Part shown: one piece after another, positions 43,410 through 55,266 of the stretch
How the letters are laid out: every line of letters starts with the position of its first letter
How positions within the stretch are numbered: the first letter of the stretch is position 1
NCBI GenBank assembly: GCA_016748015.1
Contig: JAAOMT010000659.1
Span: 186,001 to 250,000, forward strand
DNA: 64,000 bases
Source: Geosiphon pyriformis uo1
Taxonomy: Eukaryota; Fungi; Glomeromycota
Direction of reading: 5' to 3'
Notes under the pieces: model-generated
Seen by the model: only the letters and a program-made list of their open reading frames with translations
What the model was told of the DNA's origin: nothing
Database searches by the model: none
Program-made: the position numbers and the translations under genes

Positions 43410-43830
43410 TAGTTCAGCGATAACAATGAGAGTATCATGCCAAAATGTGCACATGATACTGATGCAGAATTTGATCTGAGATATCCAGAAAGAGATGCCA
43501 TCAAATTGAAACCATATTTGCATACCTGCATTGATCTCAAAATAGCACTGGAAATTCCAGCAACAACCATAATTCAACTAGCATCCAGGAGTAGTTTAGT
43601 GAAAAAGAGAATCAACATCAGAGAAGAGATAATTGATGCAGGATATGTAAGAAATATCATTGCTATGCTACAAAATAATTCAGAAAAGGACTATATTATA
43701 GAGCCAAATGAAAAGATAGCATAAACAATATTTTTGCCTCTGGTAAAAATAACTCAACTAGTATCAGTGAGAAACAGAAAAGAATTAGAGATTACAGCTA
43801 GAGAGATACAGAGATTTGGATCCATGAGTA
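43410..43830 (+). pseudogene. dut: dUTPase domain of A
   Basis: All five motifs in decayed form: AHDTDAEFDL, QLASRSSL, IIDAGYVRNI, EKIA(Q), REIQRFGSM. Confidence 0.9.
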
Positions 43831-44399
43831 GAATAAATATACCAGTCAATATGGCAGAGGAAGAAATTATTGACAAGAGAGAAATTATCTCCACCTGTCA
43901 ACCAATTTCTATTCTATCATATGACCAGTACATAGTAGTCATAGAAAGAAAAGTAAAGGATCAGATTCAGATTTTTGAGACAGAAGCAACACTTTATGAA
44001 TCAGAAGAGATCGGATTAGTCAATTTACACATACCAGTCAAGAATCATAGTTACATTAAAATTCCCATTTACAACAACATAGGAAATGTTATCAAGATAC
44101 CAGAAAGAACCACCATTGGATACTTAATCACCGAAATTGAAAACCAACTGCCAAATACCATTCCAGACTTTCTACAACTGTGTGGATATGTAGATATTAC
44201 ATCTTAAACAATATATGGACAAGAAGAATGTTATTTGCTCTAACCAGAACAATTAGAACAAATGAACTTGAGAAATCTAGACTCACTACAACATATGCAA
44301 CTTAAGATATTACTTAATAACTTTAATAATATCTTTGTTAGCAAAAACAAATTTGGCAGAACTAATATAATCCAACATTAAATCAAGACTGGAGATGCA

Positions 44400-46950
44400 A
44401 TACCAATTAAACAAAGAGCATACAGAGTACCACCAGCCAGCCATGAGATTATTTGTCAAGAAATCAATCGGATGCTTAACAATGAGTTAATTCAACCATC
44501 AATAAACCCATGGTTATCACCAGTAGTACTAGTTCATAAAAAAAATAGAAAAATCCACTTTTGTATAGATTACTGAAAACTAAATGAAGTGATCAAAGGA
44601 GATAGTTGTTTAACTCCAAAGATCCAAGAATTGTTCAATGCTTTTGGAGGAAAAAAATGATTCTCAACATTAGACTTAGACAATGGTTACTGGCAAGTAG
44701 CTATAAAACCAGAGGATAAAGAGAAGATGGTGTTTACAACTTAAGAAAAAAATTTTGAATTCGAAGTAATGTTATTTGGATTGATGAATGCTCCAGCCAC
44801 ATTCCAACAACTCATAGAAATTGTTTATACTGGACTACTGTGAAAATCTGTAGTTGTTTACTTAGACAACACAAATATGTTCTCCAAGACATTTGATGAT
44901 CATTTACATCATCTTTAACAAGTATTTAAAAGGTTGAAAAGAGCAGGATTAAAGTTGAATGCAAACAAATGTTTCTTTGGAAAAACAGAACTCAAATTTT
45001 TGAGACATGTTGTAGGCAAAGATGGTATTAAAACAGATCCAGACAAGATTGCAATAGTAAAAAACTTTTTAGTACCAACCAACTTGATAGAACTAAAAGC
45101 ATTTTTGGGATTTGCAGGATATTATTACTGTTTTATCAAGAACTTTTCTAAACTGACTCAGCCACTCCATTATTTACAAACTAAGAATGTAAAATATGAG
45201 TGAACAGAAGCTTAATAAGAAGCATTTGACACACTAAGAAGAAAGCTTATTCAAGCTCTAGTATTTATATATTCAGATCACAGCAAACCATTCATTATCA
45301 CTACCAATGCATCAGGTCAAGTATTGGAAGCAGTACTATCACAGAGAGGACCAGATAAAAGAAAACATCTGGTAGCTTATGCCAGTAGAAGCTTAAATCC
45401 AGCTGAAAAGAACTATAGAACTCCAGCATTAGAACACTTAGCCATCTATTGGGCTGTTATCAAATAGAAAGAATACTTAAGTCAAAAGTTTGATGTATAC
45501 ACTGATTACAAAGGATTGACTTTAATTCAGAAACAAAAATTTGCAGACAATTGTCATGCCAGATGGAAAATAGAACTTTCACCATTTAATTATACAGTGC
45601 ATTATAAAAAAAGAAAAGAAAACGGAAATGTCAATAGATTGTCACAAATGAGACAAGTCTAAAAACATTTTTAACCCAAAAAAATACAAAACATAAATAT
45701 ACAAAAATATTAACAACTCTAATATTATATAGATACCCAATTGTTCAAAAAAAAATTATCTCAAAAAGAACAAAACAACATAAAACAGCAATCAAAATAT
45801 TTTATTAATCATCAAAATATACTTTACCAAAAGAACAAAAGAAATTCAGATCAGCCAACCAGAGTAATTATGGAACCAGAGAAAGAGACAATATTGTTCA
45901 ATATGCACTCAAATCCAATAGCAGAACATTTCCATAAAGAAGCAACAATAGAAAAAATCAAGAAAAGATACTATTGGCCATCAATGTATCCAGATATCAT
46001 CTAATATGTTCAAAATTGTAATGTTTGTCAAAGAAGAGGAAGAACAAAACCCAGTAAACCATTGAGATCAATTAAAGTAAAACAACTATTTGATCAAATT
46101 GGAATTGACTTAGTCGGACCATTAACAATCATCAACAGAAGCAACAAATATATTGCAGTAGTCATGAATTATCTCACAAAATGGCCAGAAGCAAAAGCCA
46201 TTCAAAAAGCAAATACAGAATCTATTGCCAAATTCATTCATCAAGACTTGATCTGTCAACATGAATGTCCAAAAGAATTATTATTGGATTAAAAAACTCA
46301 CTTTGTGAATAGAACATTAACAGAATTAAGTCAAAGATTTGGGATAAAAAAACCATTATCATTACCATACTATCCATAAACAAATGGGCTAGTTAAAAAA
46401 TTTAACAGAATATTGTGTGAAGTCATTGCCAAAATCAGCCAAGAAAACCAGAATGAATGGAATTTAATTATACCATCAGTATTATTTGCTTATCAGACAA
46501 TGAAGCAAGACACTACACAAGCAACACCATTCGAATTAGTATACAATAGAACAGCAACATTATCAGTTAAGATAGAAGTAAGACATATCTAACAGAACCA
46601 ATAACAGAAAAGAATTTTCAAAGAACATTGTTGAGAAAAACATATGACTTAATAGAGACACTAGAAAACACACAGTAAAAAGCAGCTGATAACATCCAAA
46701 AGTCACAAAAAAAACAGAAAGAAAGACATAATAATTAACTACCAGAGAAACTAGTTAAATTCAAGATTGGAGACAAAGTATTTTTACATCGTATTAAAAC
46801 AGAAAAACAATGGAGTGAAAAATTTGACTTCAAATAGAATGGACCATTTCACATAAAAAAAATTCTTGGAAATGGAACTTATAAATTAAGATTGAACAAC
46901 AAAATCTTGACCAAAGCAGCACATGGTGATTGACTAAAACAATACTATCA
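44400..46950 (+). pseudogene. pol: pol of A: reverse transcriptase, RNase H, integrase
   Basis: FCIDY.KLN, FSTLDLDNGYWQ, FGLMNAPATFQ, VYLDN, FLGFAGYY; TNAS, VAYASR; HHCC zinc finger, IGIDLVGP, YLTKWPEA, NGLVKKFN. Confidence 0.93.
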
Positions 46951-47125
46951 TATAGCAATATTATTCACCAGTAATATTTTACAATTAGGAGTACAGAGAA
47001 TACTAGTCAAACCAGATAAGATTTTACGAGATCTAAAACCAATTATATCATTGAAACAAACATGTAAAATTGAACAACCAAGAAGTATATAAAAACACAG
47101 TATATATAACAACAGACAGCAAAAA

Positions 47126-47722
47126 ATGGAGATTACTAACAACATTCACTCACTAGTGCAACAACTTTTTCAATTGATTCAACAACAGGAAATGAAAATT
47201 ACAATTAATCAACAAATTATCAGATACACAAACACCAGAAAAAGACCATAAGATAAAATATAGAAAAAAATGGAGAACACTGTGGACAAAATAATCACAA
47301 AAGTAAAATTGACAATAGAAACACAACCAAAAGTTACTCAATATCAAGAGTTGACTATAGAAACTTAGAATTAGTAGATACAACAATTTCCAAGAAACTT
47401 TTGTTAATTTTATTTGGAACAATACTTGAATATTCAAAGTTTGTACACAGATAAAACAAAATGATTATTTGACACAACTATACTACAACAATTGAAACAA
47501 TTTGTGAAAAAGAACAATTTAACCACACAAGCAAGAGCCATTTATTGGCTATATACTGGATTTCAAAATCGACCAGAAATCTTACTCAATGCAAAAATGT
47601 ACACTATTACTGTTAACCAAATGGGAAAAATAACCAATGCCCAATTTAAAAAGTTACAAAACAAGATAACACAAATAATTCTTAAAAAAAAAATTCAAAA
47701 AATACTCAAAAATGGAGAATGA
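47126..47722 (+). pseudogene. Extra 3' ORF of A (unknown function)
   Basis: Lies between IN and PPT; ARAIYWLYTGF..ITVNQMGKITNAQF aligns with the 3' ORF of B and D. Confidence 0.65.
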
Positions 47723-47769
47723 AAATTAGGAGATTTCAACAAAGCTCAATATTAAAGAAGAGGGAATAA

Positions 47770-48578
47770 TGTTACTTATAGAATATAAGAAGTATATTAG
47801 CATATAAATTAGCCAATCAGAAATAGTTGTAGTAAATGTGAAATTCCAGAATTCTTCTCAAAGGAATTGCAAAATTCCAGAAATTTCAAGATTCTCATAC
47901 AAGGAATTGCAGAATTCCAAGAATTCTAGGATTTCTGGTGTGAAAAATTGAAGAATTAAGGAATTTTAATTATGTATATATAGCAGTAGTATTAGAAGTA
48001 GAAAAGACAGACTTCTCAGTTTAGATTTGATCTAAGCAATCTTTTACATCACAAATATCAATAAATAATTATTCACTATCTCAATCCACTTTTCACTATT
48101 AACCTTTTATGTTGATAGTAATTCATACTTAAACACACTAAAACAATAGCTCTTGATCATGGCTATTGACAGGATACTAACTTGCAAAATTATCTTGGCT
48201 TATTTCTTTATTTTCTTTGTTTCTTTTATTTTCTTTGTTATTTTTTTTGTTGTTTACTAAATTGATTAAGGATTAAGTACTAAATTATTGATGTTAAGGA
48301 TTGTCTAATAAAAAACCCCTGCAAGTGGATAGAGCATGTAAAAGAATTATGGATTACTTACTAGAGGATTGCTGGCCACCAAGCCAAGAAAAAAATTGAT
48401 GGAATTGCAATTCCAGAAGACTACTGAAAACAACTATTGAATCTTTGTCCATTATACAAAGAACCCAACCAAAACCTTCAGATACAAACAATCTTCAGCA
48501 ATCGACATTATTATATTAATTGAGCACCAAGTTATGGGTTTGTTATTTGTTTTAAGACTCCAAATAATCACTGTAACA
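47770..48578 (+). repeat. 3' LTR of element A
   Basis: TGTTAC...GTAACA, preceded by the PPT and followed by TSD ATGT. Confidence 0.93.
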
Positions 48579-50459
48579 ATGTTGTTGTAATTTTCAGAAT
48601 CTATTGTTTTTTTTGTTAATTGTTGTTGAATTGGTAGTTTGTTGGTGTTGATTTTAATCTTGCCTTATTCTAAAGAGATTATCTACATTTGTATATAATT
48701 TGTCTGATTTGTGATATATAATATATTTGTAGTCTGTTAGAAAATCAGACTATTAAAATTGTTTAACATTAAGTTCAGAGTTTTTCTTGTTGAGCCATTT
48801 GAAACCAATATCTATTTGTGATAATATTGAATTGGAATCTATTTTAAAGGTATTGTTAAAAATGTTTTAGAGTTCAAATAACAGTTGCTACTTCTAATTT
48901 GGTAGACTCATATTTGAATTCAGTTGGTTTAAGAGTTCTATTAACATAGGCAATTATTGCTATTGTTATTCAATTATAATAGAATGGTACCAAAAACTAT
49001 GTATAAAGCATTAATGGCTAACTGGAATTTTTTGCTAAAATCTGAGAATTGGAGCTATAGTGAGTTTCTCTTTAAGAGTGTTAAATACTTGTTGTTAAAT
49101 TTGTATTCATTAATATTTTACATTTTTGTTGGTTAGATGATTAAGTAGTTTAGCAATTTCAGAAAATTTTTTAATAAATTTTCAGTAATAGAAGGCTAAT
49201 CTTACAAATTCTCTTAGTTTTGTTGTGTTTTAAAAAATTTTGAAATTTTTAATAGTATTAATTGTTTCTGAATTAAATTGAACTCCATTTTTGCTAATAA
49301 TATGTTCAAAAAAAATCAAGCTTGTTTTTTTAAAGTAATATTTTTTAATATTTAATTTTAATCCTGCTTTTTGTAATCATTGAAAATTTTCTCACAAGTA
49401 GATTAAATAGGCTTTAAAACTTGGAGAGTATACATTAGTATTATCTAAGTAAACAACTATTAATTGTCATAGAAGTTTTTTATAAACAATATCTATAAGT
49501 TACTAGAATGTTACTAATACATTACAGAATTCAAACAACATAATATTGAATTTGTAATTTCTTTTTTGTGTAATAAATACTGTTTTTGGTCGATTTTTGA
49601 GATTTATTTTAACTTGCCAATATCTATTTTCTAAGTCTAAAGTCGAAAAAAACTTGGCTTTTCCCAAAGTATTTAACATGTTGTTAATTTTAGATAGTGG
49701 ATAGACATTTCCAATTGTAACACTATTTAGTTATTGATAGTTTATACAAAATCTGATTTTTTCATTTTTTATTTTAATAAGAATTACTGATAAGACTTAA
49801 GGACTTTTTAATGGTTGAATAAGACTATTATTGAGCATTTACTCTACCTTTTCTCTAATGAATTAGTGGTTGGCAGATAGAACTTGGTAAGCTTGTTGAT
49901 GTTTTAATAAAGCATCTTCTGTATAGATTTGATGCTGTACAATATCAGTTTTTCTAAGATTGTTATTATTTTTGACAAATATATTGGCCTATTTAGCAAT
50001 TAATTGTTTTAATTGTCTTTATTGTTGGAGTTTTAAGAAATTTATGTTGATTTAAGAAAGTTTTTTTTTTAGAATGTAGTAGTTTTCAGTAGTGAAAATA
50101 ATATTTGGGTTTGAAAGTAGAATATGTTTTACAATTTTAATAAAGTTAAAGACAATCTAAGAGGTTTCATCTTGAAAAATGTTGCTATGTATAATTCCAA
50201 TTTTTAATTTGTTTAATAAAACAATGGGGTAATTGTTGGAATTGTAGAAGATACTCAAAATTTTTTAATTTTTCTTGGAATATAAACATTTAGAATTGAG
50301 ATTTTATGCTTTAAACAGATTTGTTCATTGGATTTAAAAATTTATTGAGTGATAGTAGGCTTGAAACAAATGTAAATTTCATGATGTTTTCTAAAAGATA
50401 AAATAGTAATTGGTTGAAAAAGTTAAAGAATCTAGTAAGATTCATTTTATGTATTAAGA

Positions 50460-50900
50460 GCCATATTTACTGGAACTGTAAATCATCTAGTTGAACCAAA
50501 ATCTTGGGTTTTTTTTCATTTTTTTCTAATTGTTCTTTATTGTTAACTAATTATAAACCCAAGATATTAATTAAGAATAGGTAGATGGCTTGAGCAATTT
50601 TTTCAGCATGTTTAATCTTGAATGATTTGTTAATTTTATTTTGTAACATGATAGTAATATTGCTTATGTATTCTGCATCTATAACTTCTCCTCTGACATT
50701 AATTTTTTTGTTGGCCAAAAATAATTGAGAAGCAATTTGAATCATTGCTCCTGATGAAATTTCGATGACAATATTAAAATTAATTTTTGTTAACAATTTT
50801 AATTAAAGGACCAAAGTGTCTTTTTTTGAATATTGTAAATTATATCCAGCATTTATTTTATGTATTTTTTCTGGTTTGATTCTTTGGTTATTGTTGTTAA
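50460..50900 (-). pseudogene. dut: dUTPase domain of B
   Basis: NAGYNL, IQIASQ, VRGEVIDAEYISNI, HAEKIAQAIYL, QDFGST. Confidence 0.85.
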
Positions 50901-53900
50901 AATATTTAAGTTGTATGACAAGCTAATTTTTAGTAAAATAGATTAATATTGTTGCAATTTTTTCTTTTGGTTCAGGTTTTTCAAATTCAATTTCATATTT
51001 ATCATTTTTATTGGGCAGTAGAATATTAAATACATAGTATTCTAAATACTATTAGTTATTATAAGACATAGTATATTTTTTACATAATTGAATGTTTATT
51101 TGTTCTAATTATTGAATTTGAGCTTCTTTAATCAGATAAGCATAATTTGTAATTTAATAATAGGTTTTTACTTTATTTTCATAATCAAATCCAGCTAATT
51201 TTATTGTATATTCAATGTATTCTACTTTTTTTATTTGGTGTACATTTTCTTGGGTTTTTTTATTGATTAGAACTATGACCAGTTCATAGATTATTTCAGT
51301 ATCATGTGGATAATAATAGAGTTTGTTGAAAGTGCTGTTATATACTGCATCAAAAGAAGTTTTTTTTTTTATTTTCTCTGTAATTGAAAATACATATTGA
51401 CAGATTTTATTACAAACTCCTCCTTTTATTGCAATATCAATCCAGTTGTATTCTTCTGATAGCATTTTTTCATATATAAAACATAGAGTGTTGTTCCATT
51501 TTCCATTTTATTTGGGGTATCTGAATTGTTCTCTATGATATGTTTTGCAAAAATAGCAAGTATGTATTTTATATTCTTCTTCTGGAAATATACATGCTTC
51601 TATTAATAAAAGTTTTTTCTTGTAGTTTTTATATTTAAGTAGAATATAAGATAGTTGTTTCTCTAGTTTTGATGTAAAATATCTAACTACATTCTATCCT
51701 CTGGTTTCCTCAAAGATTTATTGCTTTGTTTTCTCGATCCAATTGAATGTTAATCTAAAAACCATGTATGTTTCAGTAATTGGCATTTTTTTTTCTCTTT
51801 AAATTCAAACACTAAGGCTTTTTTTGATTATTTGTTAAATATATTACATGTAGCAAGTATATAAGTATATTGTTCTTAATATAAAATTTTCAGTTCTTGA
51901 ATTTCCAATTGAGATTTGCATTGGTTTTGAGAAGCCAATCATTTTTAACAAGAGCTTGGTATTGGAGTGTATTTATGACAAGAACTTTAATTGGAATGAT
52001 AATTCTGTTAATAGTAAAGAAAAAGTTGTTAATTTTTTCTATTGGAATTTTCTTTATTCCATCAGCTGTAACAATAACTGTTTGGGCAGACTTATTAATA
52101 GTTTATTAAAACTGTTGTATTAATTGGTAAGTAATAATACTACCAGCAGATTTATTGTTTAGGATTAATCAAATTGGTTTTCCTTTTACTTTAGCTTCTG
52201 TATATATTGCTGTAATTGCTTTTTATTTATTGACTGCTGTATTGTTAAGCAAGAATTATGATTTATTTACTTTAAATTTGAATGAAAAAATATTAGATAG
52301 ATTAGTATTTTCAGCAATCTTTACAAATAAAATAGTTTGATTGTTGTTGGAAGAGTTTTGTTTTGGTGCTGCAGCTTCATTTTTAAAAAATGCAGTTTGT
52401 TAAAAATCCAGTTTTTTAGGTATTGTTAAATAACTTGGTTAAGTGTGATAGTAATTAGGTTTTTGTTGACCAGAATTTCAAGAAACCAACTGGTTGTTTG
52501 GATTAATTTTGTGGTTGTTATTCTAAAAGCAATTTTGAAATATAAGTTGGTTTTGTTGAACTAATCTTTAAGCGGATATTTGATATTATTAAGTAGATAG
52601 TAATTAATATTGCTAAATTAGTAAAGATTATAGTATTGCTATTGTATTGATTGTGAAGTAGATTAATAGTAACTGTTTTGATTTTGTAGTCTTTGTGAAT
52701 AATATATTGGTAGTAAAAATTAGTAATAGGATTGCTAAGATTGAGAATAGTATTGATTATTTTTTTGCTGTTGGTCTCTTTGCATTTTTGGCAATTTTGT
52801 TTCCAATATTTTGGAATTCTGCAATAATAATAGTTCTGGGATTAATTATTGAATAATAATAATAATGAAAAACTGCTTTGGTTTTGTTATTGTAAAAATT
52901 GATATTTTTGTAATTGCTATTGTTGTTATTAGTTGGTAAAATAGTTTTCAATCTTCTTTGTAAGTTAGTTTATTTTCTTTTCAGCTGTTAAGCTGGTTTT
53001 TTTTATAGCAAAATTTACAAGCTTTGTTTAGTTTGCTTCTTTTATAGCTATTTTATAGTTTTTTATATGTTAAATAGCAGTGACTAAGTCTTTTGGAACA
53101 TGTAAGCAAACTTTTTTGATCAATTTATTTTTTAATTCTGCAATAAATTAATCTAAAATCTGGGTATTAGAATAATAGTCATTGGTTTTCAATTATTAAT
53201 TCTGTCTAAGAAGTTTGTTAAAGCTTCTAAAATAGGTCATAATAGTTTTGAATATTTTTTGTTTAATATTATAAAAGCAATTTTAGAGAGTAATAGAAAT
53301 ATTGTTGTTAGTAAATTGTTTTAAAAAAGCATTTTTGAATGCTTATTAGTTTTTAAAGAGTTTAGTTAGATTTTCAAACCATTTACCTGCAGTTCCTTGA
53401 AAAAAATAAGGAATAGCTTTAAGTATTTTTATAGCATTCTATTTGTTTGCATCTTCTGCTTTTTGGACTTTGTTGAGTTATTCTTGTAGGCTGATGTTAG
53501 CATTTTTTCTTGTGAATTAGTGATTTTTGCAATGTATGTAATTGCTATGTCTTCTATATTTTCATTTTTAGTAGTTTTTTTCTCCATAAATTTAGAAGTG
53601 TTTTTGTTGTTATCATAGTGATTACTTTGGTTTTTTGCTAAAAAATCAAGAAAATTAGTACTAGTGGATATTAATTCTGGTTGTTTAGTAGGACTTTATG
53701 GTAAAGTGAAATTTTCTGGTCTCGAAAATCAGATAAAAAATGAATTGAAAGTTTGTAGTTAAACAAGTAAAATTGAAAATGATGTAATAGAAAGTGGTAA
53801 TTTGATATTGGTTTTTTGTTTGGATGTTTGCAAGTATTTGGCAGTTGTTTTTAGTATGTTGTAAATTATATGACTAACTTGAAGTGTTTTTTTCTTCTGT

Positions 53901-54310
53901 TTTTTGCTGTTGCTATTTTCTGGTTTTGATTTAAAGTTAAGAGGATATTTGGACTGTACTGAGTATTTTTCTTCACAATATTAAATAATATTAAAGTTAA
54001 GTTTATAGAAATAAGTGTTAAGTATTTTACTATTAAGGTCTTTAGTTTCCAAGTAAAAATAGTGCAATAAATTTTTATAGAGATTGCTTCTAACTTCTAA
54101 AATATTGTAGTTTTTAAAAAGATAATTGTTAATGCAATTTTTAATATATTAATATAATGTTTTTTTGAGAATTTCAATTCCATTTTGGATGTTAAATCTT
54201 TGCTTGCAGTAAGTATAAATTAATTGATAATACTTTAGAGCTGTTGTGTTAATTGTGATTATCACTTTGAAGTTATTATTGCTGTGTTATTTCTGTAGAA
54301 GAATACCAAA

Positions 54311-55266
54311 TATTACCAGAAATTTTTGGTCTCTTTTTTTGAATGTTGTTAATATCTGTTTGTTGTGAATTCATATTTTCTGAAAGCTAGTAAATTTCTA
54401 ATAACTGAATTTATCTTTAAATTATCTTTTATATTTGAACTATTAGGCTTATAAGTAGAATAGCCAATTCTATGTTAGTTATTTTGTATAGTTATATTAT
54501 AAATGTCAACTTTTTTCCAGGAATTGCTTATCTAAAAGCTTACTAAAAAATATGTAATTACTTTGCTGTAAAAATTAACTCTCTTATAGGAATCTTGTCT
54601 GTAGACTACTCTAATAATTATAATAAAAAATAAAAAAAAATAAAAGAAATAGAATTTTATCAAAGAAAACATTTTCTATTTAGGTCTGGAATTACTAATA
54701 GATTATTAAAATTGGTAGCTAATTAATTTCAAAATGTTAGTTAAGTTTTGGGAATTATCAAGTATAATAATTAAAGATTGAGTTTTCAAACATTTATTTT
54801 TATTGATTTGTAAAAATATGTAAAGAATAATTGCTTCTAACTAAGATATTTAAAGTAAAATACATTTTTTCAAAGAGAAAAGCTCTTTTTTTATACAATT
54901 TATTATAGTATTAGTCTTTAAGTTTGCATTTTTATCTTTGCTATTGTTTTAATAAACTAAAAATATATTTTAATGAATTACAAATTATTTCTACAAACTA
55001 TTGATTATTTTGGTAAACTATCAATTATTTTGGTAAATTTCTACAAATTTTAGTAAATTTTTAAATGTTAAATAGTTTAAGATATTGTGTAATTTGATCA
55101 TCTTAATTTCTATAGTACAAATTAGATTATTGATTAAATAGTAATATTTAATAATTTAATTAAATAATAAGTAATAATTAAAATATTTAATAATATATGC
55201 TAATTAATGATAGGAATTATAAAAGTAATTTTATGTTAGTTAATAGCTAAAATTCTACTGGTAATA
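54311..55266 (-). repeat. 5' LTR of element B
   Basis: Direct repeat of 35447-36415; adjacent TTTGG PBS; TSD TTAC. Confidence 0.9.

Larger units (their letters stand above)
38613..48578 (+). mobile_element. Full-length degenerate Ty3/gypsy LTR retrotransposon A (~10 kb) carrying dUTPase
   Basis: LTRs 38613-39396 and 47770-48578; TSD ATGT (38609-38612, 48579-48582); PBS TGGTGCTCCCTGTGAGG; PPT aaagaagagggaataa; domain order gag-PR-dUT-RT-RH-IN. Confidence 0.95.
35447..55266 (-). mobile_element. Ty3/gypsy LTR retrotransposon B (degenerate; interrupted by A)
   Basis: LTRs 35447-36415 and 54311-55266; TSD TTAC (35443-35446, 55267-55270); PPT next to 36416; TTTGG PBS at ~54305; gag ~52300-54290, PR ~51880-52260, dUTPase ~50460-50900, RT ~49090-49900, IN ~37380-38612, 3' ORF ~36450-37102. 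Confidence 0.9.

Noticed and set aside
44859-44870. RT catalytic motif reads YLDN in A, B (~49440) and D (~63735), suggesting a variant active site
   Set aside because: D>N is a single G>A change at a GAY-GAY site in hypermutated copies; convergent decay is more parsimonious unless a consensus shows otherwise.
47126-47722. 3' ORF as an env gene
   Set aside because: Too short, basic, and lacks signal peptide, furin site and TM segment.
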